64,000 nucleotides of DNA. Source: Octopus sinensis (lineage: Eukaryota). The stretch covers positions 41,106,001-41,170,000 of the forward strand of contig NC_043013.1 of the NCBI RefSeq assembly GCF_006345805.1, in the 5' to 3' direction. A program made the translations under genes and the position numbers. The notes under the pieces are model-generated. The model had not been told where the DNA came from. It saw nothing but the letters and a program-made list of their open reading frames with translations, and did not search any database. Below, in pieces: positions 61,767 to 64,000 of the stretch (positions within the stretch are counted from its first letter, which is position 1; every line of letters begins with the position of its first letter).

Positions 61767-63290
61767 TTACCGTTTTTTTAACCTATCTCTCTCTGTTTTA
61801 CTTCTTGTTTTTTGTTTTCCTCGCAATTTCTTCCTTTTACCATCTCTATGTTGTTCCAAAACCTCTCTCCGCTGTGGTCCTTTCATCTGTATGCTTTCGC
61901 ACTCTTGCTTGTCTGTGCATTTATCCGACTGCACTTTCTCGTCCTCTTTCTGTGTGTCTTTCTCACGAGAGTCTAGGCATTTTTGTTCAACTTCCTCGTC
62001 GCTTTGTAATTCCACCTCTGTTTCTGGTGTCTCTGTTGATGGTTCCTCAACATATTCTGTTCTTTGTTGCATTTCCTCCTCCATTGCTCCTCTTTATCTC
62101 TGCTGTTCTTGGAGACTTCTTTCGGATCTTTTCGCTTTGACCGGTAGATTTAAAAAATAATTTCTTTGTAACTAAACACAAATAATTGTTGTTGTCAAAG
62201 ATTCGGAGAGATTGTATTCACCTCAATAGACGTCATTGACTGGTTGAAATTGCCGAAATGCAAGGAATTAAACACCAAATATCTTACAAACTATAGAACT
62301 TTCTCAAGAAAGCCAAGAGAAAAAGATGTTTTATAAACTCATTCTACCAGTATACGAAGTTTAAAAGTGTTTAGTTACAAAGAAATTATTTTAAAAATCT
62401 GCCGGTCAAAGCGAAAAGATCCCTTCTTTCTTTCTCTTTTCCTGCTTTTTGTCTCTGCCTGTTTTTCTCTATGTGTCATAACAGCTATATCTGCGTATCT
62501 TAATAACTCCCCCTCCAGACAATTTTTAAGTTTATGTCCTCTCTTGCCGCATTTGTAACATTTGGGTGGTCTTCCTGTCAGTATTATCTCCAACCTCTCT
62601 CCCGTTGGCAGCTCTATTGTTTCTGGTACTTTCTCATAATACACTGGGGTTATAGTTCCGACAATTTCTAAACTAAATCCCCCAAAATTGCTGCATTCGG
62701 TCTTGCTCCCTAACTGAATCTCCAGTTCTGAGTTTTTCTCCTGCAGTCTTTCGCCACAAATGCCCACTATCACCCACTCAGGCTCTATCATTGGTGGTAT
62801 TCGCCCAACTTTGATTTTTTCTAATTTTTTCCCCGGTGTGCATGGTAATAGCGTCCATTTGTCTCCTTCTATCACGTCTTTAGCGTTCTGTGCTGTCTCT
62901 TCTTCCGTTCCAAATGTTACTGCAACTGTCCCGTAATATTTTTCTTTTGTGATGAAAATTATTTCCTCGTCAATACAGCTCATTATTAGATCTTCTATTT
63001 CATTTTCTGGGGCTCTCTCAACCTTTCTGTTCTCATTAGAAAATGTTCTAAAAATTACTGTTTTTTCTTTCCTCTTTCGTTTTCTCTTCTTCTGGCATGA
63101 CTAGTTTTATGTTCGTTCCTTCTAGTTTCACCATTTTGCTGTACTTCCTCAACTTGTCCATATCGCACTCTATATTCACATCCTCTATCTTGTATGTGTT
63201 CTCGGTTTCCTGCGCTTTGGCGATCTCCGCATACGTCTTCATTTCTTCAGCTTCTCTCGCACCGCCTAACATGACATGACGGTTTCGCAT
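61767..63290 (-). pseudogene. Disrupted gag/ORF1-like protein (Tx1/L1 ORF1p-like) with CX2CX4HX4C knuckle
   Basis: Track ORFs 63048-63290 and 62375-62983 join through a frameshift in a poly-A run (...EERK/TVIFRTFSNE...); GRPPKCYKCGKRGHKLKNC; MITE insertion at 62124-62422; charged low-complexity tail at 61767-62084. Confidence 0.75.
62124..62422. mobile_element. MITE (299 bp) with about 56-bp TIRs and perfect 8-bp TSD CTTCTTTC (Merlin-like)
   Basis: GGATCTTTTCGCTTTGACCGGTAGATTTAAAAAATAATTTCTTTGTAACTAAACAC / GTGTTTAGTTACAAAGAAATTATTTTAAAAATCTGCCGGTCAAAGCGAAAAGATCC; TSD at 62116-62123 and 62423-62430. Confidence 0.9.
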
Positions 63291-63460
63291 CAGCCCATCT
63301 CACTTCTCAAAAATAAATTCAAAAACGGCTCTGGAGTAGCATGGCTTGCTTTTTTCTTTATTATTGGCACAATGGCCTGATTATATAAAGGGGACATAAC
63401 AAGACAAACGGGAACATAAAACAAATGATGTATGATGGATGGAATGATTAACATATAAAG

Positions 63461-63840
63461 GGCGCAGGAGTGGCTGTGTGGTAAGTAGCTTGTTTACCAA
63501 CCACATGGTTCCGGGTTCAGTCCCACTGCGTGGCACCTTGGGCAAGTGTCTTCTACTATAGCCTCGGGCCGACCAAAGCCTTGTGAGTGGATTTGGTAGA
63601 CGGAAACTGAAAGAAGCCCGTCGTATATATGTATATATATATATAAGCGTGTGTGTGTTTGTTTGTCTGTGTTTGTCCCCCTAGCATTGCTTGACAACCG
63701 ATGCTGGTGTGTTTATGTCCCCGTTACTTAGCGGTTCGGCAAAAGAGACCGATAGAATAAGTACTGGGCTTACAAAAGAATAAGTCCCGGGGTCGATTTG
63801 CTCGATTGAAAGCGGTGCTCCAGCATGGCCACAGTCAAAT
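63461..63840 (+). mobile_element. SINE family A, nearly full length
   Basis: GGCGCAGGAGTGGCTGTGTGGTAAG...GGCGGTGCTCCAGCATGGCCACAGTCAAAT; tail truncated. Confidence 0.92.
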
Positions 63841-64000
63841 CATTAATTGTTAACATTAGTCTTTCTATTTTCCTTTTCTATTTTATCTTTTTTTCCAAGC
63901 ATTACATTTTTTCCTTTTTTTTTACAACAATTTCACAAACCAATAACACAAGTTCAATTCTCAGTTCATTTGCAGTTCAATTCACATTTTTTTTAAAAAC

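Larger units (their letters stand above)
60842..63460 (-). mobile_element. About 2.6-kb retroelement-like unit bounded by roughly 120-bp diverged direct repeats, encoding a gag/ORF1-like protein only
   Basis: TCTGGAGTAGCATGGCTTGC...GGCACAA.GGCCTG...GGGACATA at 60842 and 63330; internal CCHC ORF; two MITE insertions. Confidence 0.65.

Noticed and set aside
61767-62084. Acidic ORF as the direct in-frame continuation of ORF1 after MITE removal
   Set aside because: Removing the MITE and one TSD continues in a different frame (SPRTAEIK...NKNA*); an extra frameshift would be needed, so the true C-terminus is unresolved.

Overview
Repeat-saturated, AT-rich eukaryotic non-coding DNA. The SINE families and microsatellite load point to an octopus genome; this is inferred from recognising the repeats, not from a database search. 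I recognise no host protein-coding exon, rRNA, functional tRNA or CRISPR array, and most ORFs in the track are microsatellite read-through. Coding remnants are all transposon-derived: a 5'-truncated CR1/L2-type LINE reverse transcriptase (6213-7952), a decayed Tx1/L1-type RT (about 54.5-55.7 kb), a gag/ORF1-like CCHC zinc-knuckle ORF (about 61.8-63.3 kb), and several mariner and DD37D (maT-like) transposase fragments. The rest is tRNA-derived SINEs (at least four families, labelled A-D here), MITEs (Tc1/mariner-, hAT- and Merlin-like), Helitron-like elements, one solo LTR, minisatellites and local duplications. The main finding is a cluster of type I hammerhead ribozyme motifs in several unrelated repeat families. 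Two young tandem arrays (492-bp unit at 23661-24924; 470-bp unit at 38428-39314) carry a hammerhead in their unit, sit inside (TA)n tracts and have a fold-back inversion, which is retrozyme/Penelope-like architecture. Further hammerheads lie in Penelope-like tail repeats and in the tail of a tRNA-headed SINE. The LINE and the dominant SINE also share a 3' tail with a conserved stem-loop, suggesting a LINE-SINE partnership. All folds were derived by eye and need computational and biochemical confirmation.
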